From: a virus
Virus record (IMG/VR): IMGVR_UViG_3300035698_026680
Coordinates: 1-64,000 of that record
Direction: 5' to 3' (one strand)
DNA: 64,000 bases
This document shows, in pieces, positions 10,989 through 21,649 of the stretch; positions within the stretch are counted from its first letter, which is position 1; each line of letters starts with the position of its first letter. The notes below the pieces were generated by a model. The model saw nothing but the letters and a program-made list of their open reading frames with translations. It made no database searches and had not been told where the DNA came from. The translations under genes and the position numbers were made by a program.

Positions 10989-13900
10989 TGGCAACAGTCG
11001 GTCAACTCTTAATATCTCTTGCAGGTGATTCAAAACCGTATAGTCAGGCTATTAATGAATCAGGTAAACTTCTTCAAAGTTTTGTCAAGGAAGTAGAAAA
11101 AGCTGGCAAAAAAATAGAAGAAGTTAGCTATCAGTGGATTGCTGCACAAAAAAGATGGGGAAGCGATGCAGGAAAAGTCTGGAAGCAGTATAGCGATTCT
11201 TTGGGTGGCGTAAAGCAAGGACTCGTAGATACGGGGCGTGCGGTATCTTCAACACAGAGCGGAATTACCACTCTTGCCACTAAGGCAGTTACCGCCAATG
11301 AAGACCTAAAACAATTAACTAATACCCTTAAAGGTGTTTCTAATCAGCTATGGTTAATGACAATGGGTCTTCAGCAATTTGGAAGAACCATGACCACGGC
11401 CTTTACTGTTCCACTTGCCGCCGCCGCTGGACTATCAACTAAAGTATTCATGGATTGGGAAAGCGGATCAATCGCTATTCAAAGGGCGGCTGAAATTACC
11501 ACCGAAGAAGCAAAAAAGATTACAGATGCCTTTATAGAAATTTCTCAACAAGTCCCTATCACTGTTGAAGAATTACAAAAAGCGGGATACGCCGCCGCTC
11601 AAGCAGGAATTACAGGAGAAGAAGGAATCACAAACTTTGCCCTAGCAGCCGTTAAATTAAGCAAAGTTGGTGGTGATGCTTTTAGGGATCTTCCTATAGA
11701 AAAACTTGCCAATAATCTTGCCAAACTTTCTATCGCCTTTGGAGTCGCCGAAGACGACATGGAAGCGATTAATAATACTTCATCAATGATGCTAGCAGTC
11801 GCTAAAGCGGTTCCTGGTGGATTAGGAGAGATCGTAGAAGCAATGCGGAGAGTGGCTGGATCAGCCGCTACCTATGGAGTTTCAATGGAACAGGCCGCCG
11901 CCCTTACAGGAACGCTAGTGGCCGCAGGTGTACCCGCAGCGAGAGCCGGAACTGAACTGGCTAGAGTCTTTGAGAATATGGTTTCTAAAATTGATTTGGT
12001 TGGAGAAGTAATGGGATACACAGGAGACGAATTGATGATTCTTAAAGAAAGAATGGAAGAAGATATGGGTGAAGTTTTGAACGAATTGATCGGGCGATTG
12101 GGAGCAACTGAAGATATGTGGGTCAAAAATGCCGTTGCTTCAGAGATTTTTGGAGAAACTGGTAAAAAGGCACTACTTCCACTAATTAATAATTACGACT
12201 TGCTTCAGGATTTACAAGCAAGGGCTAATCAAGAATTAGAAAGTGGCGCTTTGTTATCAGCGGAATTTGATCTGGAAGCGAGTAGTTTAACGGGAACATT
12301 GAAAGTTTTTGCCAATAATCTGAGAGCCTTGGGTAAAGTTATTGGTGATGACCTAGCTCCCTATGTAAGCTACTTTTTAAAAACTTTTACATTAGGAGTA
12401 GTGGGACTTATTAAAGCATGGCAAAATTTAAGCCCAGCTTTTAAATTCGCAATCTTTTTACTTGGAAGCATGTTGGCGATAGTCGGGCCCCTGGCCCTTG
12501 CTTTAAACACAATGTTTCTTGCCCCGCTTTCAGGATTAATAACCTTCATCACCCATCAGGCAAGATTATTGGTTCAATTGGGAATTCAAACAGCCTTAAC
12601 AAATAGTGCCGCCGCCGCAAGTATTGGTTTTGGCGGTGCGATGGCCGCCGCCGCTACGGGAGTATTAACACTGGCTAAGGCAATGGCAATCTTATCATTG
12701 AAGTTTGTGGCAGTTTTGGGAGTCATAGGACTTGTAGCGGCAGCTCTATACGGAATAGGAAAACTTCTTGGAATTGGCTTTAAATTGCCAACACTGCCCA
12801 AAATCAATTTACCTAAATTTAACAAACTAAACCAACCTAAACTTGTTGGCGAAGGGGTCACAGGGGAAGAAGTAACCGAAAAAGATAAAAAAGCGGCCAA
12901 AAAACGACAAAAAGCAATCGAAAAAGATCTAAGAGATAAAAAGAGAGCTAGACAAAAAGAATTAAGAGAGTTGGAAAAGAGCATTGATGCTTATGAAAAA
13001 ATTAGAAAAGCAGAAATTAAAATAAGACAAAAATTGGTTAATGACCAAAAAGATGCCTTAGATTTAAGAAAAGAACAATGGGAAGATGAAAAAAGAATTG
13101 AAGATGAAAAAATTAGAGCCCAAGAAGAAACACTGGAAATTACCAAGGCAACTCTTAAAAAATCTAAAAGGGCATTAAGGGAATTGCAGGACGCACAAGA
13201 TCAAGAATTAGATAACGCTGAAAATAAAGCTGATTACGCAGAATTAAACTTAAAGGCCGCTCAAAACGCTCTTAAAAGAGAGAAGATTCTTGGTCGAGAC
13301 GAATTTGATGCTAGTTTCAGAGCCGCTGAAGCTAGGGTTAAAGCATGGGAAGATGCGGCCCAATTAGCCGATGAAAATGTAATTAAAGTCAAAAGAGTTT
13401 ATCAAAAACAAATAGAAGCTCAAAAAGATATTGTCGAAGCCAATCAAGATCAAGCCGATCTTGAAGTGGTCGCCTTAGATGATTTGAGAGATGCCCTAAA
13501 AGCAAGAAGGGCAATCGTAGATAAAGAAATTGATTTACTCAATGATGAGTTAAAAATTAGACAAAAGGCACTAAGCGTAACTAGAGATAATACTCAAGAA
13601 AAATTGGATTTACTAAGAGAAGAAAAACAGGTAAGACAAACTGCCTGGGATGATGAAATTTCCATTATTCAAGACCAGTTGGACGCAGCCAGAGATCAGG
13701 CACAGGCCATTTCTGATATGCCACTTCCCGAGCTACCCGATATAGCAGGGAGCTGGCAGGACATAAATGATGAGCTTGAAGATCAATATAAAGAATTGCA
13801 GGGAACAATGGGAGCATCATTTGATATGGGGGGACCAGAAGTAATTACTGGTGGATTAATAGATGATTATAAAAAAGCATGGGGAATGGCTAAAGAATCA

Positions 13901-14704
13901 GCCGAGATAGAAGGCAAAAGTGCTGGGTTTATATATGTAAAGGCCTTGTATGACAGTTTGGCTGAAACAACTAGACAACTACTTGAACCATATAATAAAC
14001 TTTGGATGGACTTTTTATTCGGTAAAGGGACTTGGGATAGATTAAATGAAGAAGCAGAAGAAAAAGGCAAATCACTTGTTGGATACTTATGGGGTGGATT
14101 TGTTGAAAAGATCGGAATCCTTTTATCTCAAGTAAAACAAGCGGGCAAAGACATTGTCGGCAATATCGCTCAAGGTATTTGGGATGGACTCGGTTGGGTT
14201 AGAGATGCAATCAGAGCAATTGGAACCTGGCCTATGGATGGATTAAAAAATGTAATAGGAAATGCTAAACAATGGGGCAAAGACATGATTGGCGGTTTTG
14301 CTCAAGGAATTTGGGATGGCATGATATGGGTTAAAGATGCTATTCGAAATATGGCTGATTGGATCAAAGGAATTCTTCACTTCTCTGAGCCAGATTTTGG
14401 ACCACTAAAAGGAATGAATAGTTGGGGCAAAGACATGATAAAGAGCTACATAGATGGAATTGAAAGTGAAATACCCAATCTAGAAAATGTGTTAAGTGAA
14501 ATAAATGTTGATAAAAATACTATTGGTAATAGTAATAACCTAGCGATAAAAAGACCAGGAACAGATTCAGCATCTACTCCCGTTGCACCATCGGTTGTCA
14601 AAAATTATTATATTCAACCAGGACAGATGATAGCAACAAGGGGAGAAGTTAGAAGTTTTGTAAGATTACTGAAAGAATATGAAACATTTGAAAAGGACAG
14701 ATAA
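10988..14704 (+). CDS. tape measure protein (TP901-type core)
   Basis: 1238 aa, Ala/Gly-rich helical, hydrophobic middle, coiled coil, Trp-spaced C-terminal repeats. Confidence 0.9.
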   Translation: MATVGQLLISLAGDSKPYSQAINESGKLLQSFVKEVEKAGKKIEEVSYQWIAAQKRWGSDAGKVWKQYSDSLGGVKQGLVDTGRAVSSTQSGITTLATKAVTANEDLKQLTNTLKGVSNQLWLMTMGLQQFGRTMTTAFTVPLAAAAGLSTKVFMDWESGSIAIQRAAEITTEEAKKITDAFIEISQQVPITVEELQKAGYAAAQAGITGEEGITNFALAAVKLSKVGGDAFRDLPIEKLANNLAKLSIAFGVAEDDMEAINNTSSMMLAVAKAVPGGLGEIVEAMRRVAGSAATYGVSMEQAAALTGTLVAAGVPAARAGTELARVFENMVSKIDLVGEVMGYTGDELMILKERMEEDMGEVLNELIGRLGATEDMWVKNAVASEIFGETGKKALLPLINNYDLLQDLQARANQELESGALLSAEFDLEASSLTGTLKVFANNLRALGKVIGDDLAPYVSYFLKTFTLGVVGLIKAWQNLSPAFKFAIFLLGSMLAIVGPLALALNTMFLAPLSGLITFITHQARLLVQLGIQTALTNSAAAASIGFGGAMAAAATGVLTLAKAMAILSLKFVAVLGVIGLVAAALYGIGKLLGIGFKLPTLPKINLPKFNKLNQPKLVGEGVTGEEVTEKDKKAAKKRQKAIEKDLRDKKRARQKELRELEKSIDAYEKIRKAEIKIRQKLVNDQKDALDLRKEQWEDEKRIEDEKIRAQEETLEITKATLKKSKRALRELQDAQDQELDNAENKADYAELNLKAAQNALKREKILGRDEFDASFRAAEARVKAWEDAAQLADENVIKVKRVYQKQIEAQKDIVEANQDQADLEVVALDDLRDALKARRAIVDKEIDLLNDELKIRQKALSVTRDNTQEKLDLLREEKQVRQTAWDDEISIIQDQLDAARDQAQAISDMPLPELPDIAGSWQDINDELEDQYKELQGTMGASFDMGGPEVITGGLIDDYKKAWGMAKESAEIEGKSAGFIYVKALYDSLAETTRQLLEPYNKLWMDFLFGKGTWDRLNEEAEEKGKSLVGYLWGGFVEKIGILLSQVKQAGKDIVGNIAQGIWDGLGWVRDAIRAIGTWPMDGLKNVIGNAKQWGKDMIGGFAQGIWDGMIWVKDAIRNMADWIKGILHFSEPDFGPLKGMNSWGKDMIKSYIDGIESEIPNLENVLSEINVDKNTIGNSNNLAIKRPGTDSASTPVAPSVVKNYYIQPGQMIATRGEVRSFVRLLKEYETFEKDR

Positions 14705-15075
14705 TGGCATCAATAAATAAACCAACGCTTGGGGCGGCAACAATGCCTTTCCCAGATGAAGCCAACATTAAGCCAGATTGGGTTTCTGCCGAAGTAACAA
14801 CTTTAGGCGGAAAAACTCGCCGAGATGTCATGGCAAGAAAATATCAATATACTCTGAAGTGGAACTACATGAAAGTCTCGGATTACGATTCTCTGGAGAC
14901 AGTGGTTAATGCTTTAGTTGCCGCAGATTTTACCTATGGCAAATGGCCCCAAAGCGCAGTTGCAGTAAGTTGTTTAGGTGCATTATCTGAAAGAAAATTA
15001 ATGCATGGCGTTGGGGATTCTGCCTTTTTTTCTGGGGTCACACTAACATTAATTGAAGTAGAGAGTCGTTTGTAA
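14704..15075 (+). CDS. distal tail (Dit-like) protein
   Basis: small protein after the tape measure; T..G..RRD...K....LKW pattern. Confidence 0.6.
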   Translation: MASINKPTLGAATMPFPDEANIKPDWVSAEVTTLGGKTRRDVMARKYQYTLKWNYMKVSDYDSLETVVNALVAADFTYGKWPQSAVAVSCLGALSERKLMHGVGDSAFFSGVTLTLIEVESRL

Positions 15076-15081
15076 AAATAT

Positions 15082-18000
15082 ATGTCAGGATTAGACGCTA
15101 ATACAAAATTGTTGCTTCATGGCGACGGAGCAGATACATCCACTAACTTTCCAGATGTTTCTCCTTCGGGTCATACTGTAACAGCCAATAATGGAGCAGA
15201 AGTAGATACCGCAGAGAAAAAATGGGGTACTGGATCTCTTAAATTAGATGGTGTAGATGATTACTTAATTTCTGCTGATAATGCTGACTGGGATTTATGT
15301 GGTAGTAATTCAGATGACTGGACCATAGACTTCTGGGTAAAACACACCGATCATGTTGGCAATGAGGCCTATCTTTCACAAACAGAAACTATTAATTCTG
15401 ATGAATGGCGCATCATACATCAGCATGGCACTGGTTTTATTTTTACTTTAAAGTCAGGTGGTGGTAATGTAATTATTTTAAGTGGTGGCGGGGAAATTAC
15501 TGATACTGATTGGCATCATATCGCTTTTATTAAGGTTGGGGATGAGTACGCATTCTATAAAGATGGTGTCCAAGTCAATTATGTGCAAGATAATAGTATT
15601 GATACCTTTGCTGCTTCATTGGGAATAGGTGTTCTCGAACCTGGGGGGAATAATTACGATCCCTTAGACGGATGGATGGATGAAATTAGGATTCAAAAAT
15701 CTAATTATTTTGGTGCTAGTCCAAATGCGGGAATTAGCAATACGATCACGATTCCAACAAAAGCATACGAATATAAAAGTGCGAGTTTTATTGATTACGG
15801 ACCAGAATATAATTTCAATGCTGAAGAAACCTTAACTATTGCAACTGTCTGGTTAGACAGTACTCACTTTGTTGTTGCTTATTACAGTAATGTTGCCGTT
15901 ACGGGTATTTACGCCAAAGTCGGAGTAGTTTCAAACGGAAATCAAATATCCTATGGATCTGAATATCTTATTGATAGTAGTGGCTTTGGTGGAAGTGGAA
16001 TTAGATCATTCGCCATAGATAGAATAGATGCTAATAATTTTGTCATTGTCTGGGTTGACGGATCTGGATTCAAATATGGTTTGGCTGCAATAGGAGTTGT
16101 CTCAAATGGTGATGAAATTGCCTTCGGAACCGCAGTTAAATTTAATAATGCGGCCACAGGGACAGATATTGATGTTGCTGTTCTAGATACTACACACTTC
16201 GTAGTGGCTTTCAGAGATGATGGGGGAAGCGACTACGGAATCGCCATGATCGGTGTTATTTCAAGCGGAGATGTAATTACCTTCGGAAGTGAATATAACT
16301 TCAATGAAACTAGCACTTATTGGATTAAGGTTGGAAAAATAGATGCTACTCACTTTGTCGTCATTTATGACGATGATGGTGGAGATGGTTATGGAGAGTC
16401 TAAAATTGGAACTGTATCTAGCGGCGATCAAATAGCCTATGGAAGCGAATTTACCTGGACTAGCACAGATAACCCCCAGCATCTTGGTATGGCAATGTTG
16501 GATTCAACACACTTCGTCATTGCCTATAGAAAAACAGTTGATACCTGGGATGGTAGAGTCAAAATAGGAACTATCAGTGGGGCTAATATTAGCTATGAAA
16601 GCGCCACTGTTTTTCTTTCTGGTTCAAGTCCCACAGAAACTACTGTTTGCGCATTAGATGCTACCCACTTTGTTATTGGTTATTCTGACCTTGGAGACTC
16701 TGGTAAGGGATTTTGTGTCTTTGGAATCGTTTCAGACGGAAATACAATAGCAGCTGGAGATGCATATGAATATAACGCAGTAGACACAAACTACAACGCA
16801 ATTACCAAACTAGACGCTACCCATTTTGTAATTGCCTTTATGGATGATGGCGGTAGTGATTACGGAATAGCCAGAATAGGCGATATTGAAAGGAATTTAA
16901 CTGCCAAAGGAAGTATCCAGCGTTTAGGAGTTCAAAAAACGATAACCGCCAAAGGAAGAGTTCAGCATACCAGGACAAATTCAATTACTGCAAAAGGGCA
17001 AATTGGAGCTGTTTCAACATCAACCATAAATGCTAAAGCAGATATTCTCGCTACTACGTCTAAGTCTATACAGGCAAAATCAGCAATACAAAAATCTTTC
17101 TCTAGGGAAATTAGTTCTAAGAGTCGAATAGAAAAACAATTTAGTCAGTCAATTCAGGCTAAGGCAAACTTATCCGCAGTCTTAACTCAAACAATTACTT
17201 CAAAAGCAAGCATATTTAAAGGTGGCACTCGAACAATATCGGCAAAAGCAGCTATTCAAAAAGAATTTACCAAAACAATCACTGCAACAGCATGGATTCA
17301 TAACCCGCTAGTTCCACCAACACCATTTATAGAAGAAATAAATAAAACAGTAAGACAATTATCATTTAAAGTTGAAATTCAATGGGACGGAATTTCTTGG
17401 ACAGATGAAAGCACCTATTTCGTTAGTGCCAGGGGAAATGAAAAGTTATCAAAAACTTCTGGAGAAGGAATCGCCGCTACCTTAGATGTTGAGCTAGATA
17501 ACACCACAGAAAGATTTACTCCTGATAATACATCATCACCACTTTATGGCTACTTGAAACCAAGAGTCCCAATTAGAATCTATGTTACTGCTGGTGGATA
17601 CGATTATAGAATCTTTACTGGCTACATAAAAAATCTTCATCCCGATACAAGAAGTAGAATTTGTAGTCTAGAATGTTTTGATAATCAAGTCCTGGTTTAC
17701 AACAAAAGAGCCAATGGAATAGTCTATGAAGATTATAGAAGCGATCAATTAATGGAAGCCCTGTCTGATCTAGCTGGCCTAACGGCAGATCAATATATTT
17801 TCAATGTTGGTACTCTTGTGGTTAATTTTGGTTACTTTGAAGATAGAAATGTTTGGCCGGTTATGGGAGAAATAGCAGTTGCAGAAAGAGGAAGAATCTT
17901 CTTTGATAGATATGGAATCTTAACATTTTGGAATAGAGATAAATTACATAATCAATCAGCACGAGCTATTTTACCTACAATTTCTTTATCTGAATGGGTC

Positions 18001-18762
18001 GTAGATTTAGATTATTCTGTCTCTGAGCATGAAATTAAAAACACTATTATTGTTCAAGCTAAACCTAGAGCAAGTGCTGGAGTACAGGTCGTTTGGTCAA
18101 GCGGAAATGCCGAATATTTAGATCCATACCAAGATACTCTAGTTTGGATTCCGGCAGGAAAGACTCAAATTGCCTTCCTTGAATTAGAAGACCCATGTAC
18201 TGCTTTCATCACTCCCGTTGCTAATACGGACTATACAGCTAATAGCGCCCAGGATGGCTCAGGAGATGATTTAACAAGCGATATCACTATTCACGAGTTC
18301 ATTAACTACGGGAATGCAATTTTCATTACTGTGCTTAATACAGGAGCTCAAGATGCTTATCTAACAAAATTCCAAGTTAGGGGCAATCCTGCTCAAGTGG
18401 TAAAATGGATTAGAGTTACTGCCACAGACGATACAAGCATAGCTTTTTATGGTAAACAGGATTTCAGTATAGAGAATCACTTTATTGATAGCGAAGGGGC
18501 AGCTACAGCAATCGCCAATGAAGAATTGTATCGAAGAAAAGAAGCAATTAATCTTTTTAAAATCAATATTGTGGGTATTCCGCATCTACTTTGCGGTGAT
18601 GTAATTAATTTAGAATATCGATCAGGCGAATTTAAAGACTACATGGTAGGCCAACTTGATTGGACATTCGATAGCGGCGGATTTAATCAAAAATTAATAT
18701 TAGTTAATCCATATATTTTCCCAAGCATTCAAACAGTTGATGCTAGGGCAAATATCATTTAA
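15082..18762 (+). CDS. multi-domain tail-tip/hub protein: LamG, ~51-aa propeller-like repeats, 13-aa repeats, hub domain
   Basis: TKLLLHGDG/WTIDFW/WHHIAF/GWMDEIRI; seven D(A/S)THFV-type repeats; TITAK repeats; FFDRYG and GD.I hub motifs. Confidence 0.75.
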   Translation: MSGLDANTKLLLHGDGADTSTNFPDVSPSGHTVTANNGAEVDTAEKKWGTGSLKLDGVDDYLISADNADWDLCGSNSDDWTIDFWVKHTDHVGNEAYLSQTETINSDEWRIIHQHGTGFIFTLKSGGGNVIILSGGGEITDTDWHHIAFIKVGDEYAFYKDGVQVNYVQDNSIDTFAASLGIGVLEPGGNNYDPLDGWMDEIRIQKSNYFGASPNAGISNTITIPTKAYEYKSASFIDYGPEYNFNAEETLTIATVWLDSTHFVVAYYSNVAVTGIYAKVGVVSNGNQISYGSEYLIDSSGFGGSGIRSFAIDRIDANNFVIVWVDGSGFKYGLAAIGVVSNGDEIAFGTAVKFNNAATGTDIDVAVLDTTHFVVAFRDDGGSDYGIAMIGVISSGDVITFGSEYNFNETSTYWIKVGKIDATHFVVIYDDDGGDGYGESKIGTVSSGDQIAYGSEFTWTSTDNPQHLGMAMLDSTHFVIAYRKTVDTWDGRVKIGTISGANISYESATVFLSGSSPTETTVCALDATHFVIGYSDLGDSGKGFCVFGIVSDGNTIAAGDAYEYNAVDTNYNAITKLDATHFVIAFMDDGGSDYGIARIGDIERNLTAKGSIQRLGVQKTITAKGRVQHTRTNSITAKGQIGAVSTSTINAKADILATTSKSIQAKSAIQKSFSREISSKSRIEKQFSQSIQAKANLSAVLTQTITSKASIFKGGTRTISAKAAIQKEFTKTITATAWIHNPLVPPTPFIEEINKTVRQLSFKVEIQWDGISWTDESTYFVSARGNEKLSKTSGEGIAATLDVELDNTTERFTPDNTSSPLYGYLKPRVPIRIYVTAGGYDYRIFTGYIKNLHPDTRSRICSLECFDNQVLVYNKRANGIVYEDYRSDQLMEALSDLAGLTADQYIFNVGTLVVNFGYFEDRNVWPVMGEIAVAERGRIFFDRYGILTFWNRDKLHNQSARAILPTISLSEWVVDLDYSVSEHEIKNTIIVQAKPRASAGVQVVWSSGNAEYLDPYQDTLVWIPAGKTQIAFLELEDPCTAFITPVANTDYTANSAQDGSGDDLTSDITIHEFINYGNAIFITVLNTGAQDAYLTKFQVRGNPAQVVKWIRVTATDDTSIAFYGKQDFSIENHFIDSEGAATAIANEELYRRKEAINLFKINIVGIPHLLCGDVINLEYRSGEFKDYMVGQLDWTFDSGGFNQKLILVNPYIFPSIQTVDARANII

Positions 18763-18764
18763 AA

Positions 18765-19574
18765 ATGGCAATAGAAGTCAGAGTACCAAGCGGATCAAAA
18801 ATTCCACCCCTATTTACACCTGTGGAAGTTTTTCAAATAGGGAATCCAGGGCAACCAACTCAGTTGATTGTCCATAACGGAATGCTTTATGTTTATAATC
18901 CCGCAGGACAAACATTAATTGATGGTGGAATTATCCAAACCCTGGGTGTAGCAGTTGGGCTAAAGGCTTGGGTACACGATATAGTCTTTAGTGCTACCGA
19001 CCAAGATACTGCCGACTGGGCTAGTGGGGCAATTTACTTTGGAGATGGTAGTACTCAAGCTATTGATGCTGGAGATACTGGAGATATCGGAGCTAAAACC
19101 TATATTTATTATGATGGAACTGCCACTCTCAAAAAGACCACTAATGCAAACTTTATAAGTGATAGTTTTATTCTTATTGCTACCGTAGAAGAAGGGGCTG
19201 CGAGTGAAAAATGTGTAATCACAGTTTCCCAGCTTCCTGGCGGAACAATCTCGGCGGAACAAGTAGTTACTGGATTCCTTGATGCTGACCGCATTGAAGC
19301 TCTAAGTATTGTAACAGCTAAATTGGCAGTAGGGGCTGTAACTGAAGCTAAACTAGGAACAGACTCCGTTACAGGATTAAAAATAAAAGATGGGGAAGTT
19401 GTAGATGCCAAAATAGGTTCTATGGCGGCAGGCAAACTTCTTACTGGAACTCTTACTGTTGCGGTAGATGTTGGAGAAGGAAATGTAAAAATTGATGGGG
19501 CTAATAAAAGAATTCTTATTAATGATGGAACAGATGATAGAATTTTAATGGGCTATCAAAGCGGGGGATTTTAA
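18765..19574 (+). CDS. minor tail/central fibre protein
   Basis: ITA.KI-type beta-helix repeats; synteny. Confidence 0.6.
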   Translation: MAIEVRVPSGSKIPPLFTPVEVFQIGNPGQPTQLIVHNGMLYVYNPAGQTLIDGGIIQTLGVAVGLKAWVHDIVFSATDQDTADWASGAIYFGDGSTQAIDAGDTGDIGAKTYIYYDGTATLKKTTNANFISDSFILIATVEEGAASEKCVITVSQLPGGTISAEQVVTGFLDADRIEALSIVTAKLAVGAVTEAKLGTDSVTGLKIKDGEVVDAKIGSMAAGKLLTGTLTVAVDVGEGNVKIDGANKRILINDGTDDRILMGYQSGGF

Positions 19575-19993
19575 TGGGTAATTATGGAGTCAAAATTACG
19601 AAAGATGGATTTGATATTGCTGATGGCGGATTAACTATTGATGATCTAGTCTTTAGTTCTGCTTATAATATTTTTAAAATAAGAGAACCACAAATAGGAA
19701 CTTGGGAAGTTACAAGCGGGAATCAATTCGGTACCAAGTCAATTGTATTAACAGGATACACAACCAAGCCAATTTACATGATCTTTGTTGAAGTAAATGG
19801 TAAAAATTACTATGTAGGCAATGGTGGATATATTGAAAATGTTGATGGAGCAAATGATATATTCTTATACACCTGGATAGACGATAGTATTCCGCCAGTT
19901 TTGAAAATTGGTGCTTCTCCTAATGCCAATCCTATTTTTGCTGACGATAGAGATTTAGATTATCTCTTATATTTAGGGATTGACGATATTTAA
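19574..19993 (+). CDS. tail-associated protein, YGxKI family paralog 1
   Basis: N-terminal YGVKITKDGFD..FSSAY. Confidence 0.65.
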   Translation: MGNYGVKITKDGFDIADGGLTIDDLVFSSAYNIFKIREPQIGTWEVTSGNQFGTKSIVLTGYTTKPIYMIFVEVNGKNYYVGNGGYIENVDGANDIFLYTWIDDSIPPVLKIGASPNANPIFADDRDLDYLLYLGIDDI

Positions 19994-19994
19994 T

Positions 19995-20357
19995 ATGGCT
20001 AACTACGGATTTAAAATCTCAAAACCAGGATTTGATGTAAAAACTTGTACCGATAAACAATGTATTTTTACTTCAAAATATGGCTCAATGAAGGTAAGAA
20101 TGTCTGGCATAAAAGCGTGTACTGCCGGTGTTTGGACAGATATTACTCATAGTTTTGGCTATAATCCTAATTATTTCTGTTTTATTGATGATGTCGATTC
20201 GGAAGGCAGTAACGGTATTTTTCCAATGGGATTTCTTGATACAGTTTTTGATGCGGGGCTTTATTTACATACCTACACTACCACTGCAAAATTATATTTA
20301 AAGTCAAAAAATACAAAAAACGTTTATTATTATTTATTTGCCGAAAAAGGTGCTTAA
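19995..20357 (+). CDS. tail-associated protein, paralog 2
   Basis: YGFKISKPGFDV..FTSKY; HSFGYNP. Confidence 0.65.
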   Translation: MANYGFKISKPGFDVKTCTDKQCIFTSKYGSMKVRMSGIKACTAGVWTDITHSFGYNPNYFCFIDDVDSEGSNGIFPMGFLDTVFDAGLYLHTYTTTAKLYLKSKNTKNVYYYLFAEKGA

Positions 20358-20972
20358 ATGGATTATGGGGTCAAAATTTCTAAAGCAGGAATAGATGTAC
20401 TAAGCGCAGATCCAGAAGAATTATATTTTTCTTCTAAATATTTTAATTTGAAAGTAAAGAATTCAGGGGAATATAGTTTTATTTCTGGACAAGAAACGAC
20501 TTTAAGCGCCAATATAGATAATGCTGTTACCACTATTCCAGTTAATGCTCCAATCACCGATTATCCTAGTACTGGTGTTATTTGGATTGGTGATGGGGGA
20601 TTTGGTCATTACGAAGCAATAAAATATACTGGAAAAACAGCTACGAGCTTCACAGGCTGTACAAGGGGACATTGGGGAACATCAAAAGATTCTTGGAGCA
20701 GTGGAGATGATGTCGCACCTGGCTATACTAAAAAAACTGTTTATACACATTCATTAGGGTATTCTCCTGTCGTCTTTTGTTGGGAAACAAATGCTTTAAA
20801 TGATTTTACATATCAAATGCCAATATTCACCGCTACTTCAGCTTTTTATTACATTATCACCACTAATACGATAGAAATTGCTCTGCAAGTTAGTGCTTAT
20901 ATTAGTATTCCTTCAGGTGGACATGAATTTACTATAAATTATAGTTGTATGTATGATAAGATAAAAGCATGA
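20358..20972 (+). CDS. tail-associated protein, paralog 3 with inserted domain
   Basis: YGVKISKAGIDV..FSSKY; E.IKYTG..FTGCTRG insert; HSLGYSP. Confidence 0.65.
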   Translation: MDYGVKISKAGIDVLSADPEELYFSSKYFNLKVKNSGEYSFISGQETTLSANIDNAVTTIPVNAPITDYPSTGVIWIGDGGFGHYEAIKYTGKTATSFTGCTRGHWGTSKDSWSSGDDVAPGYTKKTVYTHSLGYSPVVFCWETNALNDFTYQMPIFTATSAFYYIITTNTIEIALQVSAYISIPSGGHEFTINYSCMYDKIKA

Positions 20973-21340
20973 TTATCTTTTATGATAAAAAATCAGGTAA
21001 AATAGTCGGAAGTATACTTGGACGAGTACATGATAAACACACCCTGGAAAAGTCATGGGTTGGAGATAAGAAAAAAACAAAAAGATATATCATTCCTTTT
21101 GTCCCAATTATTAAAGAAGTAGAAGTACCAATTAAAGAAATGCGTGTGGTTGATAAAAAAACATTGCGTGTTGAAGAAGTGGTAATTGGTAAGAAAAAAA
21201 TAAAAGTTAGAAAAGGAATGAAACCTTCAGGTTGTATAAAAGATTTAGTTTTGGATTTTGAATCTAAAAAGAAAAGAATATTTGACTACAGGGCAAAATT
21301 AAACAAAAAGAAAGAGCTTATCGGTTTAGTAAAAATTTAA
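20969..21340 (+). CDS. hypothetical protein (possible fibre chaperone)
   Basis: MIIFYDKKSGKIVG start; ends the tail module. Confidence 0.55.
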   Translation: MIIFYDKKSGKIVGSILGRVHDKHTLEKSWVGDKKKTKRYIIPFVPIIKEVEVPIKEMRVVDKKTLRVEEVVIGKKKIKVRKGMKPSGCIKDLVLDFESKKKRIFDYRAKLNKKKELIGLVKI

Positions 21341-21370
21341 TTAGTTTATTATAGAATAAGGAAAGGAAAA

Positions 21371-21646
21371 GTGGCAAGTAAATCAGCCTATCAACGTATT
21401 GCCGATGCTACAGAATTAATTTCTGGAACATTGGGAAAGATGGAAGAAAACCTAAAAACACTGAATGACTCAAATATTTTACACCAAGCCAGAGTAGAAG
21501 AAGAACACAAAACTTTTGGAGAAAAGTTAAAGGAGTTGACCACCAAATATTGGTATCTAGTATTAATAGCCTTTATTCTTTTGGCTTTGTTAGCAGGAAT
21601 TAAGGAAGCGGTCAACCTAATTCCCTTAGCCACAGGAGGGGGCTAA
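21371..21646 (+). CDS. membrane protein, holin/XhlA-like
   Basis: coiled N-terminus plus one C-terminal TM; lysis-cassette position. Confidence 0.55.
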   Translation: MASKSAYQRIADATELISGTLGKMEENLKTLNDSNILHQARVEEEHKTFGEKLKELTTKYWYLVLIAFILLALLAGIKEAVNLIPLATGGG

Positions 21647-21649
21647 CAA

